The position numbers were made by a program, and so were the translations under genes. A DNA stretch of 64,000 nucleotides from an uncultured delta proteobacterium (GTDB lineage Bacteria > Myxococcota_A > Polyangia > Fen-1088): contig CAVYGB010000010.1 of assembly GCA_963767925.1 (NCBI GenBank), positions 704,001 through 768,000 on the forward strand. Direction: 5' to 3'. Below the pieces are notes generated by a model. That model saw nothing but the letters and a program-made list of their open reading frames with translations, did not search any database and was not told where the DNA came from. Each line of letters starts with the position of its first letter. Within the stretch, counting starts at the first letter, position 1. Shown in pieces: positions 27,785-37,863 of the stretch.

Positions 27785-28803
27785 CCGGGGCGGTCGTCGA
27801 CGCAGCGGTTGCGGCCGCTGGCCTTGGCCCGATAGAGGGCGCGGTCGGCGGCGGCGAGCAGCGCCGCCACGCTGTCGTAGGCCCGGTCGGAGAAGGTGCT
27901 GGCGATGCCCACGCTGGCGGTGAAGCGGATGTGTTGCCCGTCCTGGGAGATCGAGCCGCGCTCGACCCGGCGGCGCACCCGCTCGCCGAGGGCCAGGGCC
28001 CCCTCGGGCACCTGGATGCGGGCGAGCATGGCGAACTCCTCGCCGCCGAAGCGGGCGGCGACGTCTTCCTTGCGCACGCAGCGCTGCACGATCTCGGCGG
28101 CGTGGCGCAGGACCCGATCCCCGGTGGGATGTCCCCAGGTGTCGTTGATCCGCTTGAAGTAGTCGAGGTCGACGAGGAAGACCGAGATGGGGCTGCGGTG
28201 GCGGAGGGCGTAGGCGAACTCCTCGTTGAGCCGCTGGTCGAAGTAGCGCCGGTTGTGGATCCCCGTGAGAGGATCGCGCATCGAATATTCGTAGAGCTGG
28301 CGGGCGGCGCTGTGCTCGAGCTGGTCCTGCAGGGCGATGCCCAGCACGGTGTGGCGCCCGATCTGCACCCGGCTCCCCTCCTGCAGCGGCTGCGGCTGCA
28401 GGCTCTGGGTCCCGTCGACGAAGGTGCCGTTGCTGCTGCCGAGATCCTCGAGCACGGGCCCCTCGGGCGTGCGCAGGATGCGACAGTGGCGCCGCGAGAG
28501 GGCCGAGTCGGCCAGCATGATGTCGCAGGCAGTGCCCCGGCCGATCACGATCTCTTCCTTGTCGAGCATGCGCGACAGGCCGGTCTGGGGTCCCGAGAGC
28601 ACCCGCACGATGTACTGGCGCGGGGCACCCTCCTTGGCCCACATCTCGGCGGGGACCGCCGGCAACATGTCGGTGTTGCCGGCCTGGGCGAACTCGTCGT
28701 AAGCGGGCAGGTCCTCCGACCCGGTCGTGCTGTGCGCGGGCATGTCCGCCGACTCGGTGGCCGAGGCGGACGGTGGCGGAAAGGGCGTTGGGCTCCGGCT
28801 CAC
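27781..28803 (-). CDS. FHA-GGDEF diguanylate cyclase
   Basis: IGRG..SRRH..DLGSSNGTFV; DPLTG, DLDYFKRIND, RFGGEEF; start may be 28743. Confidence 0.92.
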   Translation of the reverse strand: MSRSPTPFPPPSASATESADMPAHSTTGSEDLPAYDEFAQAGNTDMLPAVPAEMWAKEGAPRQYIVRVLSGPQTGLSRMLDKEEIVIGRGTACDIMLADSALSRRHCRILRTPEGPVLEDLGSSNGTFVDGTQSLQPQPLQEGSRVQIGRHTVLGIALQDQLEHSAARQLYEYSMRDPLTGIHNRRYFDQRLNEEFAYALRHRSPISVFLVDLDYFKRINDTWGHPTGDRVLRHAAEIVQRCVRKEDVAARFGGEEFAMLARIQVPEGALALGERVRRRVERGSISQDGQHIRFTASVGIASTFSDRAYDSVAALLAAADRALYRAKASGRNRCVDDRPG

Positions 28804-28939
28804 GGGTGCGGGGGTGGAAGGGAGATACCCCTTCCGTCTTGTCGTCGGCCCGGTAGCCGAACTTTAGGGGGCGTCAGGGGGCCGTCGGGGGCCCGGGGGA
28901 CGCCGGGCACCCCAGTCTGCTATGTAGTCGGGCTCGCCC

Positions 28940-30754
28940 GTGGACCGACCCGCCTCTTCTGACTTCGACCCCCGCACCCTGCCGGTCACCCTCGGTGGAC
29001 AGTTCCGCAGGCACCTGCCCCGCTACCTGGCGGGGACGGTCATGCTGGCGGTTTTCCAGCTCTCGCTGAACCGGATCGACTGGCTGTCCCGCACCGCCAT
29101 CGACGAGGTCTTCGGGGGCGCGCCCGAGCGGGTCACCGGGCCGGCCACCCTGATCTTCCTCCTCGCCCTGCTGGCCTTCGTCACCCGGGTGGCGAGCCGC
29201 TGGTTCATCTTCAACGCGGGGCGCGATGCGGAGTACGAGCTGCGCGCGCTGCTGCTGGCCCGGCTGCACCGGCTGGGGACCGCCTTTTATCGAACCATGT
29301 CGGCGGGCGAGATCATGAGCCGCTCGACCGGCGACCTGCAGCAGGTGCGGCTGCTGCTCGGCTTCGGCATCCTCAACGTCGCCAACGTCGTGTTCGCCTT
29401 CGCCAGCGCCCTGCAGGTGATGGTGGGCATCAGCGGCCGGCTCACCCTCGTCTCGCTGGTGATGATGCCGGTGATGATCCTCCTCACCCGCAGCTTCTCG
29501 CGCACGATGTTCCAGCGCACGCGGGCCAACCAGGAGGCGCTCGGCAAGCTGAGCGAGGTGCTGCAGACCAACCTCGCCGGGGTGCGGGTCGTGCGCAGCT
29601 TCGCCCTCGAGAAGCGGGAGCGGGTCCGCTTCGATGCCGCCAACACCGGTTACCTCGAGGCCGGGCTGGCCCTGGCCCGCCTGCGCGGCCTGATGTTCCC
29701 CATCGTGGGGGCGGCCGCCTCCCTCGGCGTGCTGGCCTTCTTCTGGTACGGGGCCAGCCTGCTGATGCGGGGGCCCGAGCAGGGCGGCATCAGCCAGGGC
29801 AGCTTCTTCGCCTTCTGGATGGCCTACGGACGCATGACCTGGCCCATGATCGCCCTCGGCTTCGCCATCTCCATCGTGCAGCGCGGGCGGGCCGGCTACC
29901 TCCGGCTCAAGGAGGTCTTCGATGCCCTGCCCGAGGTGACCGACGGCCCCCGCCCCGCGCCGGCGGCCATCGCCGGCGCCATCAGCGTGCGGGAGCTGTC
30001 GTTCCGCTACGGCGCCCGCGAGGTGCTCAAGGACGTCACCTTCGAGGTCCCGGCCGGCCGCTCGCTGGCGGTGGTGGGGCGCACCGGCTCGGGCAAGTCG
30101 ACGCTGGCCATGTTGCTGGCCCGCCTGCTGCCCACCCCGCCGGGCAGCGTGCGGATCGACGGACAGGACGTGTGCGAGCTGCCCCTCTCGGCGGTGCGCG
30201 AGGCCATCGGCTACGCCCAGCAGGACGCCTTCCTGTTCTCCACCACGGTGTCGCGCAACATCGGCCTGCCCCTGGAGGAGACCGAGTCGGAGGCGGCCAC
30301 CGCCCGCATCCGCGAGGCGGCCCGCGAGGCCCAGGTGCTGGAGGAGACGTTGACCCTGCCCGAGCAGTTCGACACGGTCGTGGGCGAGCGGGGGGTGCAG
30401 CTCTCCGGCGGTCAGAAGCAGCGGATCGCCCTGGCCCGGGCCCTCGTGCGCGAGCCCGAGGTGCTGGTGCTCGACGATCCCCTCTCGGCGGTCGACGCCA
30501 AGACCGAGGCGGCCATCCTCGACGCCATCGAGCGGCAGGCCCGGGCCCGCACGGTGGTGCTGGTCACCCACCGGGTGGCCGCCGCCTCCCGCTGCGACCG
30601 CATCGTCGTGCTCGACGAGGGCCGCATCATCGCCGAGGGGACCCATGACCAGCTCGTGGCGGCGGGGGGCCTGTACGCCGCCTTCGCCGAGGAGCAGTCG
30701 GCCAAGTCGGAGCTGGAGGCAGTAGAGGTAGAGGAGCAAGAGGTGCCGGCATGA
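28940..30754 (+). CDS. ABC exporter, fused permease/ATPase, subunit 1
   Basis: GRTGSGKS, LSGGQKQR, LDDPLSAVD. Confidence 0.92.
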   Translation: MDRPASSDFDPRTLPVTLGGQFRRHLPRYLAGTVMLAVFQLSLNRIDWLSRTAIDEVFGGAPERVTGPATLIFLLALLAFVTRVASRWFIFNAGRDAEYELRALLLARLHRLGTAFYRTMSAGEIMSRSTGDLQQVRLLLGFGILNVANVVFAFASALQVMVGISGRLTLVSLVMMPVMILLTRSFSRTMFQRTRANQEALGKLSEVLQTNLAGVRVVRSFALEKRERVRFDAANTGYLEAGLALARLRGLMFPIVGAAASLGVLAFFWYGASLLMRGPEQGGISQGSFFAFWMAYGRMTWPMIALGFAISIVQRGRAGYLRLKEVFDALPEVTDGPRPAPAAIAGAISVRELSFRYGAREVLKDVTFEVPAGRSLAVVGRTGSGKSTLAMLLARLLPTPPGSVRIDGQDVCELPLSAVREAIGYAQQDAFLFSTTVSRNIGLPLEETESEAATARIREAAREAQVLEETLTLPEQFDTVVGERGVQLSGGQKQRIALARALVREPEVLVLDDPLSAVDAKTEAAILDAIERQARARTVVLVTHRVAAASRCDRIVVLDEGRIIAEGTHDQLVAAGGLYAAFAEEQSAKSELEAVEVEEQEVPA

Positions 30755-32667
30755 GTTCCGCGAAGCCCGACGCCCCTGCCGCCGCGAAGCCGAGCGGGAA
30801 GCCCGGGGCTCCGCCCGCCGCGAAGTCGAGCCGCGACTTCCACGAGGAGGAGCGCCTGGGGCGGGCCTACGATCGGCAGCTCCTGGCCCGGCTGTGGCCC
30901 TACCTGCGCCCTCACCGGCGCTTCCTCTTCGTCTCGCTGGGTCTGGTGCTGGCGGTGGCGGCCCTCAACCTGATGCGGCCCCTGGTCATGGGCGGCCTGG
31001 TGGCGAGCGCCCAGAGCTCCCGGCCCGACCGTCTGCTTCACTTCGGCGTGCTGTTCTCCCTGCTCGTGCTCGGGGGGCAGCTCCTGGTGTTCGTGCAGAC
31101 CTACACGATGCAGATCGCGGGGGCCCGCACCATGGCCGACCTGCGCTCGCACCTGTTCGAGTTCATGCAGCGGCTCGAGCTGAGATACTACGACCGCACC
31201 CCGGTGGGCCGGCTCGTCACCCGGGCCACCAACGACGTCGACGCCCTGTCCGAGCTGTTCGCCTCGGGCGTGCTCAACGCCCTCGGCGACCTGATCTCGC
31301 TGATCGGCATCGTCGTCCTGATGTTGCTGCTCGACGTGCGCATGTCGCTCATCGCCTTCGCCGCCTTGCCCCTGGTGGGGCTGGTGGTCTGGTTCGTGCG
31401 CAGCCGGGCGCGCCAGGCCTACCGCGACATCCGGGTGAAGACCGCCCGCCTCAACGCCTTCCTCAACGAGCAGGTCAACGGCATGAGCGTCGTGCAGGCC
31501 TACGCCCGCGAGGCCAGCATGGCGGCCGAGTTCGACGGGATCAACCGGGAGTACCGCGACGCCAACAAGCGTTCGGTCTACTACGAGGCGATCCTCGACG
31601 CCGCCATCGAGACAGTGGCCATCGTCTGCATCGCCAGCATCTTGTGGTGGGCGGGGTTCAAGCGGGTCTCCGATCCCGCCATCACCTTCCCCCTGGTGGT
31701 GGTCTTCACCCAGTACATCCGGCAGTTCTTCGAGCCGGTCAGCCTGCTGGCCCAGCGGTTTACCATCCTCCAGTCGGCGATGAGCGGTGCCGAGCGCATC
31801 TTCAAGCTGCTCGACGAGAAGGCGCTCGAGACCGAGATCGAGGGCAGCAGCCCCACCGTCCCCTCCGCCCCCAGCGCCGAGGCCCTGGCCTTCGAGAACG
31901 TCTCCTTCGCTTACAAGCCGGGCACCCCCGTGCTGCGCGAGGTCTCCTTCCATGTGCAGAAGGGGGAGCGCATCGCCCTGGTGGGCGCCACCGGCGCCGG
32001 CAAGTCGACGGTCACCAGCCTGCTCCTGCGCCTCTACGACTTCGAGCAGGGGAGCGTGCGGGTGCTCGGGCGCGACGTGCGCAGCTACGAGCGGCGGCAG
32101 CTCCGCGACCTGTTCTCGGTGGTGCCCCAGGACGTGTTCCTGTTCGCCGGCACCGTCACCTCCAACGTGGCGCTGGGCGACCCCGCACCCGACCCCAAGA
32201 AGGTCGAGCAGGCGCTGACCCGGGTGGGCGCGCTCGATCTGTTCTTGCGGCGGGAGGGCGGCCTGCAGGCCCGGGTCGACGAGCGGGGGGCCAACTTCAG
32301 CGCCGGCGAACGGCAGCTCATCGCCTTCGCCCGCGCGCTGTACAAGGACACGCCCCTGCTGATCCTCGACGAGGCCACCGCCAGCATCGATTCGGACACC
32401 GAGGCCCGCCTCACCGCCGCGCTGGAGGTGGTCATGCAGGGCCGGACGGCCCTGGTCATCGCCCACCGGCTCTCGACCATCCGGGCGGTCGACCGCATCG
32501 TCGTGTTCCACCGCGGCAAGGTCGTCGAGGCTGGCTCACACGAGGAGCTCCTTGCGCGGGGCGGCGTGTACGCCCGCCTCTACCGGCTGCAGTACGCCCA
32601 GGAAGTCCTGGCGCAGCAAGAAGTCGTCGCCGCACCGCCCCAGATAACGCCATCCGTCGACGGGTGA
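30751..32667 (+). CDS. ABC exporter, fused permease/ATPase, subunit 2
   Basis: ATGA overlap; GATGAGKS, FSAGERQ, LDEATAS, AHRLST. Confidence 0.92.
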   Translation: MSSAKPDAPAAAKPSGKPGAPPAAKSSRDFHEEERLGRAYDRQLLARLWPYLRPHRRFLFVSLGLVLAVAALNLMRPLVMGGLVASAQSSRPDRLLHFGVLFSLLVLGGQLLVFVQTYTMQIAGARTMADLRSHLFEFMQRLELRYYDRTPVGRLVTRATNDVDALSELFASGVLNALGDLISLIGIVVLMLLLDVRMSLIAFAALPLVGLVVWFVRSRARQAYRDIRVKTARLNAFLNEQVNGMSVVQAYAREASMAAEFDGINREYRDANKRSVYYEAILDAAIETVAIVCIASILWWAGFKRVSDPAITFPLVVVFTQYIRQFFEPVSLLAQRFTILQSAMSGAERIFKLLDEKALETEIEGSSPTVPSAPSAEALAFENVSFAYKPGTPVLREVSFHVQKGERIALVGATGAGKSTVTSLLLRLYDFEQGSVRVLGRDVRSYERRQLRDLFSVVPQDVFLFAGTVTSNVALGDPAPDPKKVEQALTRVGALDLFLRREGGLQARVDERGANFSAGERQLIAFARALYKDTPLLILDEATASIDSDTEARLTAALEVVMQGRTALVIAHRLSTIRAVDRIVVFHRGKVVEAGSHEELLARGGVYARLYRLQYAQEVLAQQEVVAAPPQITPSVDG

Positions 32668-32870
32668 CCCCAAATGGACCAAAACTTGACTCGATCGATT
32701 TTGCCGCTCTGCGCGCAGGCTGAAACCGTATCCGACCAGGCAATTCCGCCAACTTCTGGTGGGTCGGGGCGGCACAGGGCAGCGTAAAAGCCCCGAGATG
32801 GAGCCGCTGGCGGGAACTGTGTGAAGTAATTCGAACGCCTATAAAAGCCTTGGGCCACTGAATAGGCACC

Positions 32871-33890
32871 ATGACCCAACCATCCATTCGCGCTGTAAGG
32901 CGAGTGCTCAAAGGGCTGCCGCTCTCCGGAGCGGCGGTACTTGTCCTGCTCACCGCAGGGCTCACCACGGGTGCTTGCATCCCTCAGGACAACCTCAATG
33001 GGGCTTCCGACGGGGTCAACGCCCCCGTGCCCCCCGCTCCGACGCCGCCGCCCCCGGTCGTCGTTCCCCCTCCCCCGGCTCCGGTTCCCCCGGCTGTCGC
33101 GGCTCCTCCGCCTGCCCCCCTCCCCCCGCCGCCTGCCCCGATCGATCCTCCGGTCGTGGCTCCGCCGCCGCCGGTTGCGCCGCCCCCCGGCAACGGTGGG
33201 AACAACAACAATAACAACAACAGAAACAACAACGGCGACGAGTTCGAGATCCTCCTGGTCATCGGGGACGTGGACAACCCCGCCCAGGGCGACGAAGATC
33301 TCCAGGAGATCATTGAGGACCTCCTCAATGGCGACGACGAGATCGAGGTCGACACGGCCGACGACGAGGACGACGCTGAAGACACCGACGAGGACTTCGA
33401 CGCCGTCATCATCTCGTCCAGCGTCAACGCCAACGTGATCCAGAACGAGTACGAGAACGAGCAGCTCCCCATCATGGTGATGGACGCCGCCACTCTGGCC
33501 GAGATGGAGATGACCGGCGACCAGAACAACCAGGACTTCGGCAACCAGAACGCCACGGAGATCGAGATTCTCGAAGAGAATCACCCGATCATCGAGGCGA
33601 TCAACGCCGAGGAGGATGACGAGGTCGAGGTCGCGCAGAACAACATCTCCATGACGTTCGGCGAGCCCGGCAACGACGCCGAGGACCTGGCTCAGATCGT
33701 GAACCAGAACGGCCGCAGCGTGCTCTTCGAGTACGAGGCTGGTTCGGATCTGGAGAACGACACCGAGGCCGAGGATGACCGCATCGGCTTCTTCCTGAAC
33801 GAGCAGGACGTCAACGACCTGAACGGCGATGGCGAGGATCTCCTGGAGGCCACGCTGCTCTACGTGATCACCGGCGACGCCGAGGACTAG
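32871..33890 (+). CDS. Hyper-acidic putative lipoprotein with Pro-rich and poly-Asn linkers
   Basis: Signal peptide ending TGAC; strong GC3 bias; followed by a terminator. Confidence 0.8.
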   Translation: MTQPSIRAVRRVLKGLPLSGAAVLVLLTAGLTTGACIPQDNLNGASDGVNAPVPPAPTPPPPVVVPPPPAPVPPAVAAPPPAPLPPPPAPIDPPVVAPPPPVAPPPGNGGNNNNNNNRNNNGDEFEILLVIGDVDNPAQGDEDLQEIIEDLLNGDDEIEVDTADDEDDAEDTDEDFDAVIISSSVNANVIQNEYENEQLPIMVMDAATLAEMEMTGDQNNQDFGNQNATEIEILEENHPIIEAINAEEDDEVEVAQNNISMTFGEPGNDAEDLAQIVNQNGRSVLFEYEAGSDLENDTEAEDDRIGFFLNEQDVNDLNGDGEDLLEATLLYVITGDAED

Positions 33891-33941
33891 AGAAAAGTAG
33901 GCTCTGCCGTTCGCGGCAGGGTCGACCATCTCCGGTCGCGA

Positions 33942-33981
33942 AAAGCCCGGGTCGGTTCGCCGACCCGGGCTTTCGTATTTT
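33942..33981 (+). terminator. Intrinsic terminator
   Basis: AAAGCCCGGGTCGG-TTCG-CCGACCCGGGCTTT then CGTATTTT. Confidence 0.88.
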
Positions 33982-34023
33982 CATCGGCTAGATTTGTTGC
34001 TTCGCTTACTGAAGGAGGGGTCG

Positions 34024-35085
34024 ATGCGCCAGGACGAGACGAAAGCTGGCTCGAATGGTTTGCGACAGGTCCGGGGTGCGGGGGGCATCCGGGTGTTCCT
34101 GCTGGCCCTGGCGGCCACCACGGCCGCCTCCTGCGAGTCCTGTCAGGGGGGCAGCAGTCGGAGCAGCGGCCTCGGCAGCGGCGGCGGCGGCTGGCTGGTC
34201 GGGCAGTCGGCCCTGATGATCAACGTTTCGCACGACGACGGCGGTGACGTGGGGCACTACCAGCTCGAGGTCGGCGAGGACCTGCTCGGCATCGCCTGCC
34301 GGGGGACCACCGACGCCTGGGTGGTGGGTGACCGTGGCCTGATGCTGGCCACCCGCGACGCCGGGACGACCTGGCGGGTCGCGGAGCTCGGGGTCGAGAC
34401 GGCCCTGCGCGGCGTGGCCCTGGCGGCGCCCGACACCATCTACGTGGCGGGAGACGGCGGCGTGGCCCGCGCCTCGTTCGACGGCGGCCAGACCTGGCGT
34501 TCTCTGGACCAGCCGGCGGGCCAGCCGACGGTCGACTGGACCTCGGTGACCACCCGCAAGAGCGACGGCGGCCTGGCCCTGCTGGCGAGCGCGGGCGGGA
34601 CCCTCTGGCGCTACGAGGCCGACAGCGGCTGGCTGGGCGAGACCGGGCGGAGCGCCCGGGGCGCGCTCCACTCGGTCGTGCTGGGCCGGGACGGCAAGAC
34701 CGCGGTGGCGGTCGGCGACGGCGGGACGATGCTGGTGAGCGCGGATGGCGGCCGCAGCTTCCGCGAGCGGCTCACCGGCAGCGCCAGCACCTTGCGCGAC
34801 GTCTGGCTGACCGGGGATCAGGCGGATCGCTTCGTGGCGGTCGGCGACGGCGGGCTGGTGCTGGAAGGCGCGGTCTTCGGCAGCGCCACCGAGTCGCGGA
34901 ACCTGGTGGGGGGCGCGACCTTGCGCGCGCTCCACCTCGAGGCCAGCGGGCACGGGACCATCGCCGGCGACCGGGGGACGGTGTTCCTGACCGACGACTT
35001 CGGGGCGACCTGGAACCGGCTCGAGCTGTCCGAGCAGCGCCACGTCTTCGGCGTCGACGCGCTCGACGCCGGCGGCCACCTTTGA
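34024..35085 (+). CDS. YCF48/BNR-repeat beta-propeller lipoprotein
   Basis: Repeated VGDxG..(S/T)xDGGxTW motifs; AAGGAGG RBS. Confidence 0.85.
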   Translation: MRQDETKAGSNGLRQVRGAGGIRVFLLALAATTAASCESCQGGSSRSSGLGSGGGGWLVGQSALMINVSHDDGGDVGHYQLEVGEDLLGIACRGTTDAWVVGDRGLMLATRDAGTTWRVAELGVETALRGVALAAPDTIYVAGDGGVARASFDGGQTWRSLDQPAGQPTVDWTSVTTRKSDGGLALLASAGGTLWRYEADSGWLGETGRSARGALHSVVLGRDGKTAVAVGDGGTMLVSADGGRSFRERLTGSASTLRDVWLTGDQADRFVAVGDGGLVLEGAVFGSATESRNLVGGATLRALHLEASGHGTIAGDRGTVFLTDDFGATWNRLELSEQRHVFGVDALDAGGHL

Positions 35086-35141
35086 ACTGTCATCGTCGTG
35101 TAATCTGGGGAGCCCGGTCCTTTTTCCCAGGAGATCACACG

Positions 35142-35504
35142 ATGAACCATCCCCGTCTGGTCGGTTTCTCCCTCGTCCTCTGCGCCGGTCTGTCCCTCGC
35201 CTGTGGCGGCGACGATCCACCCGCGCCGCTCGTCGACTGCACGATGGTCACGCCCCAGAAGTACTCCGAGCTGACCATCTGGCCCCTGTGCACGAGCTGT
35301 CACTCCTCGGCCCTCTCGGGGGCGGCCCGCATGATGGCCCCGGCGGGGACCAACTTCGATAGTTTCGACGCCGCCAGGGCCAAGGCCGGCGTGGCCGCCT
35401 CGCGGGCCAAGCTCGGCCAGATGCCACCCTCGACGGCCCCCCAGCCCACCGCCGCCCAGAAGGACGCCCTGGCGGCCTGGGCCACCTGCGGTACCCCGAA
35501 CTAG
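35142..35504 (+). CDS. Small monoheme c-type cytochrome lipoprotein
   Basis: LAC lipobox, CTSCH, distal MPP. Confidence 0.8.
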   Translation: MNHPRLVGFSLVLCAGLSLACGGDDPPAPLVDCTMVTPQKYSELTIWPLCTSCHSSALSGAARMMAPAGTNFDSFDAARAKAGVAASRAKLGQMPPSTAPQPTAAQKDALAAWATCGTPN

Positions 35505-35593
35505 TTTCCGCGAATCGGTAGCCCTTCCTCGAGGACCGACCGAGGGCGGGGTCGGCGCGGGGTGCACGGGGTCGATGAGGCCCGGTGCGCTCC

Positions 35594-35726
35594 GGGGAGA
35601 GGAAGGGCGGTCTGGCGCCTCGCCGGGCCTTACGCGCTTCGCGCTGGCCCTCTGTCGGCGCTGGCGACTTCGCGCAGACGCGAAGTGCGCGCCTCCACTC
35701 GGCGCCAGACCGCCCTTCCTCTCCCC
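35594..35726. repeat. 133-bp palindromic element
   Basis: 26-bp perfect IR GGGGAGAGGAAGGGCGGTCTGGCGCC (35594-35619 / 35701-35726); internal ACTTCGCG-CAGA-CGCGAAGT. Confidence 0.88.
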
Positions 35727-35820
35727 TACGCTCCCCTACCCGCTGGTCCAATCGAGCGGCAGCGGTTTTGCGGCTGTACGACCGGCTGCGATCCAGGGGG
35801 CCGCTGAGCGGCGGCGATCC

Positions 35821-35870
35821 GGGGACCGTGGCGGCGACTCCGGGGGGGGGCCGGGGGACCGTGGCGGCGA
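35821..35870. repeat. 17-bp direct repeat, 2 copies, among G-runs
   Basis: GGGGACCGTGGCGGCGA at 35821 and 35854. Confidence 0.75.
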
Positions 35871-35908
35871 TCCGGGGGGGCGAGGGAGGGGAGGCTCTGG
35901 AGGGGGGG

Positions 35909-37507
35909 TCAGGGGGCGAGTTCGATGCGGAAGAGGGCGGGGCGTTCGTTGGCCAGGCCGCCGGTGCCGTAGGCGCCAAAGCGGAGGGCGTAGAGGTAGC
36001 CGTCGGGGGCCTGGGTCCAGGCGCTGAGGTTGGGCATGATGGCCAGGGAGCGATCGACGGGCTTGGCGCCGGACGCGTCGATGACGGCGCCGCGGACCCA
36101 GCCGGTGTACCAGTCGCCGAACAGGTAGACACCGGTCATCGCGCCGCCGTAGCGGTCGTTGCCGCAGTCCTCGTATTGCACGCCGACCCAGACGGCGCGG
36201 CCAGCCCGGGCCTCGAAGGTCTGGGCGGCGGGGTCATCGCCCTCGTAAGGATCGTTGGCGTTGCGGTAGCTGGCGAGCGGGTTGCTCAGGCCGGTGCAGG
36301 CGGCGCCGGTGCAGGTGCCCGAGCGGCTGCCGTTCCAGCCAAAGTTCTGGCCGGCCCGGGTCACGAGGTTCACCTCCTCGTTGGCAGTGTTGCCGACGTC
36401 GCCCACCAGGTAGCGGCCCTGGCTGTCGAGGTAGGCCCGCCAGGGGGAGCGAAAGCCCAGGGCGTAGACCAGCGGGCTGCGGGCCGGATCGTCGGGGAAG
36501 GCGTTGCCGGGGGCCGGATCGAAGCCGGGCTGATCGAGCCGGGGCCGCAGCCGCAGCAGCTTGCCGAGGGTGCTGACCGGGTTCTGGGAGTTGCTGGCGT
36601 CGGTGAACTCGCCGTGCAGCAGCCACATGTTGCCGCCGCGATCGAAGCCCAGCGATCCGACCGAGTGCCAGGGCTGGGTCCCCTGCGGCTCGCTGAAGGT
36701 GATGACGTCGGCGGCGCCGGCCAGGCCGGTGGGTCCGAAGGTGAAGCGGGACACCTTCGACCGGTTGCCGGCGGTGCAGTAGGCGGCGTAGATGATCCGG
36801 TTCTGGACGAACCCGGGATCGTAGGCGAACGAGACCAGGCCGCAGTCGTCCTGGGCGAACACCCCCGGGATCTGGAAGGAGGCCTGCAGGGTCGCGCGAT
36901 CCCCCTCGAGGCGGAAGTGGCTCAGGCGTCCGCCCTTCTGGGTGAGGAGAAAGTCGCTCGGCGCGCCCGGCATGAAGCGTATCTCGGTGAGGCCACCGGG
37001 GGACTTGCCGGCGCCGGTGGTGGCCGGCAGGCCGACCAGCTCGATCGGGCGGAAGGCGAGGCGCGCGGTGGCTGCGGCGGGGCCGGGCGTGGCGTTGCAG
37101 GCGCTCGCCGCCGGCGGACCGGCGGGTGGCGTCGGCTCCGGGGAACCGGGGGGCGGCGGGGCGGCGGCGTCGGCTGCCGGGCCGCCTGCGCCGGCACTGC
37201 CCCCGGGTGGCGGGGTGGGCGCGGGCGCGCCGCCTGCGCCGGAACCCGCGGGCGGCAGGGGGGCCGGGGGCTCGGGCGCCACCGGGCCAGGGCCGGACAT
37301 GCCGGCGCCGCCGGCACCGGACGGAGACGCGGGGTCGGTCGGGGCGGAGGTCGGGGGAGAAGTCGGAGGGGACGATCCGGGACGACCGGGCGGCGTGGAT
37401 GGGACCGGCGGAGCGCCCGGCTCGGGCGGCGGCGCGGAGCCGTTCCCGCCACAGGTGAGGGTCAGGGCGCACAGAACCAACCGAAGACCACCAAAGCTCG
37501 GCTTCAT
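35909..37507 (-). CDS. Glucose/sorbosone dehydrogenase-like (PQQ-dependent) beta-propeller lipoprotein
   Basis: LTC lipobox, Pro linker, GKLLRL, YALGFRSPWR, DVG..EEVN..NFGW, YLFGDW. Confidence 0.85.
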   Translation of the reverse strand: MKPSFGGLRLVLCALTLTCGGNGSAPPPEPGAPPVPSTPPGRPGSSPPTSPPTSAPTDPASPSGAGGAGMSGPGPVAPEPPAPLPPAGSGAGGAPAPTPPPGGSAGAGGPAADAAAPPPPGSPEPTPPAGPPAASACNATPGPAAATARLAFRPIELVGLPATTGAGKSPGGLTEIRFMPGAPSDFLLTQKGGRLSHFRLEGDRATLQASFQIPGVFAQDDCGLVSFAYDPGFVQNRIIYAAYCTAGNRSKVSRFTFGPTGLAGAADVITFSEPQGTQPWHSVGSLGFDRGGNMWLLHGEFTDASNSQNPVSTLGKLLRLRPRLDQPGFDPAPGNAFPDDPARSPLVYALGFRSPWRAYLDSQGRYLVGDVGNTANEEVNLVTRAGQNFGWNGSRSGTCTGAACTGLSNPLASYRNANDPYEGDDPAAQTFEARAGRAVWVGVQYEDCGNDRYGGAMTGVYLFGDWYTGWVRGAVIDASGAKPVDRSLAIMPNLSAWTQAPDGYLYALRFGAYGTGGLANERPALFRIELAP

Positions 37508-37712
37508 CTTTTCCTCCGACCGATCAGACCGGGACCCCTCACGGCGTCCCTCACACCCCCCGGGAAGCACCACGTGCCCCCCGGGCGGCGCGTACCCGCC
37601 TCCTTTAGTAACACGGCGACGTACGCAGGGATACCGACCGGCGCGCCCCACGCGACAGGACCCGCTCCCCCTCCCCGCCTGATCCGTTCGGTCAGGCACC
37701 CCTGCCCGGTTG

Positions 37713-37834
37713 CCCTCTCCCCGTGGCGTCTGGGCCGTAGGGTGAGGGTGAGGGGCGGCTGCCGCGCCGGAGGCCCCTCACCCGGCGCGCAGACGCGCCG
37801 ACCTCTCCCCCCGGCAGACCGCGGGGAGAGGTGA
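37713..37834. repeat. REP-like CCCTCTCCCC/GGGGAGAGG palindrome cluster
   Basis: GGGTGAGGGGC..GCCCCTCACCC, CGGCGCG-CAGA-CGCGCCG and ACCTCTCCCC-CCGG-CAGA-CCGC-GGGGAGAGGT. Confidence 0.8.
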
Positions 37835-37863
37835 TGGACCGACGCCCGGCGGAGTCGGGGAGG

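Noticed and set aside
28940..32667. Degenerate motifs in the ABC pair as a novelty
   Set aside because: One degenerate nucleotide site is normal for heterodimeric exporters
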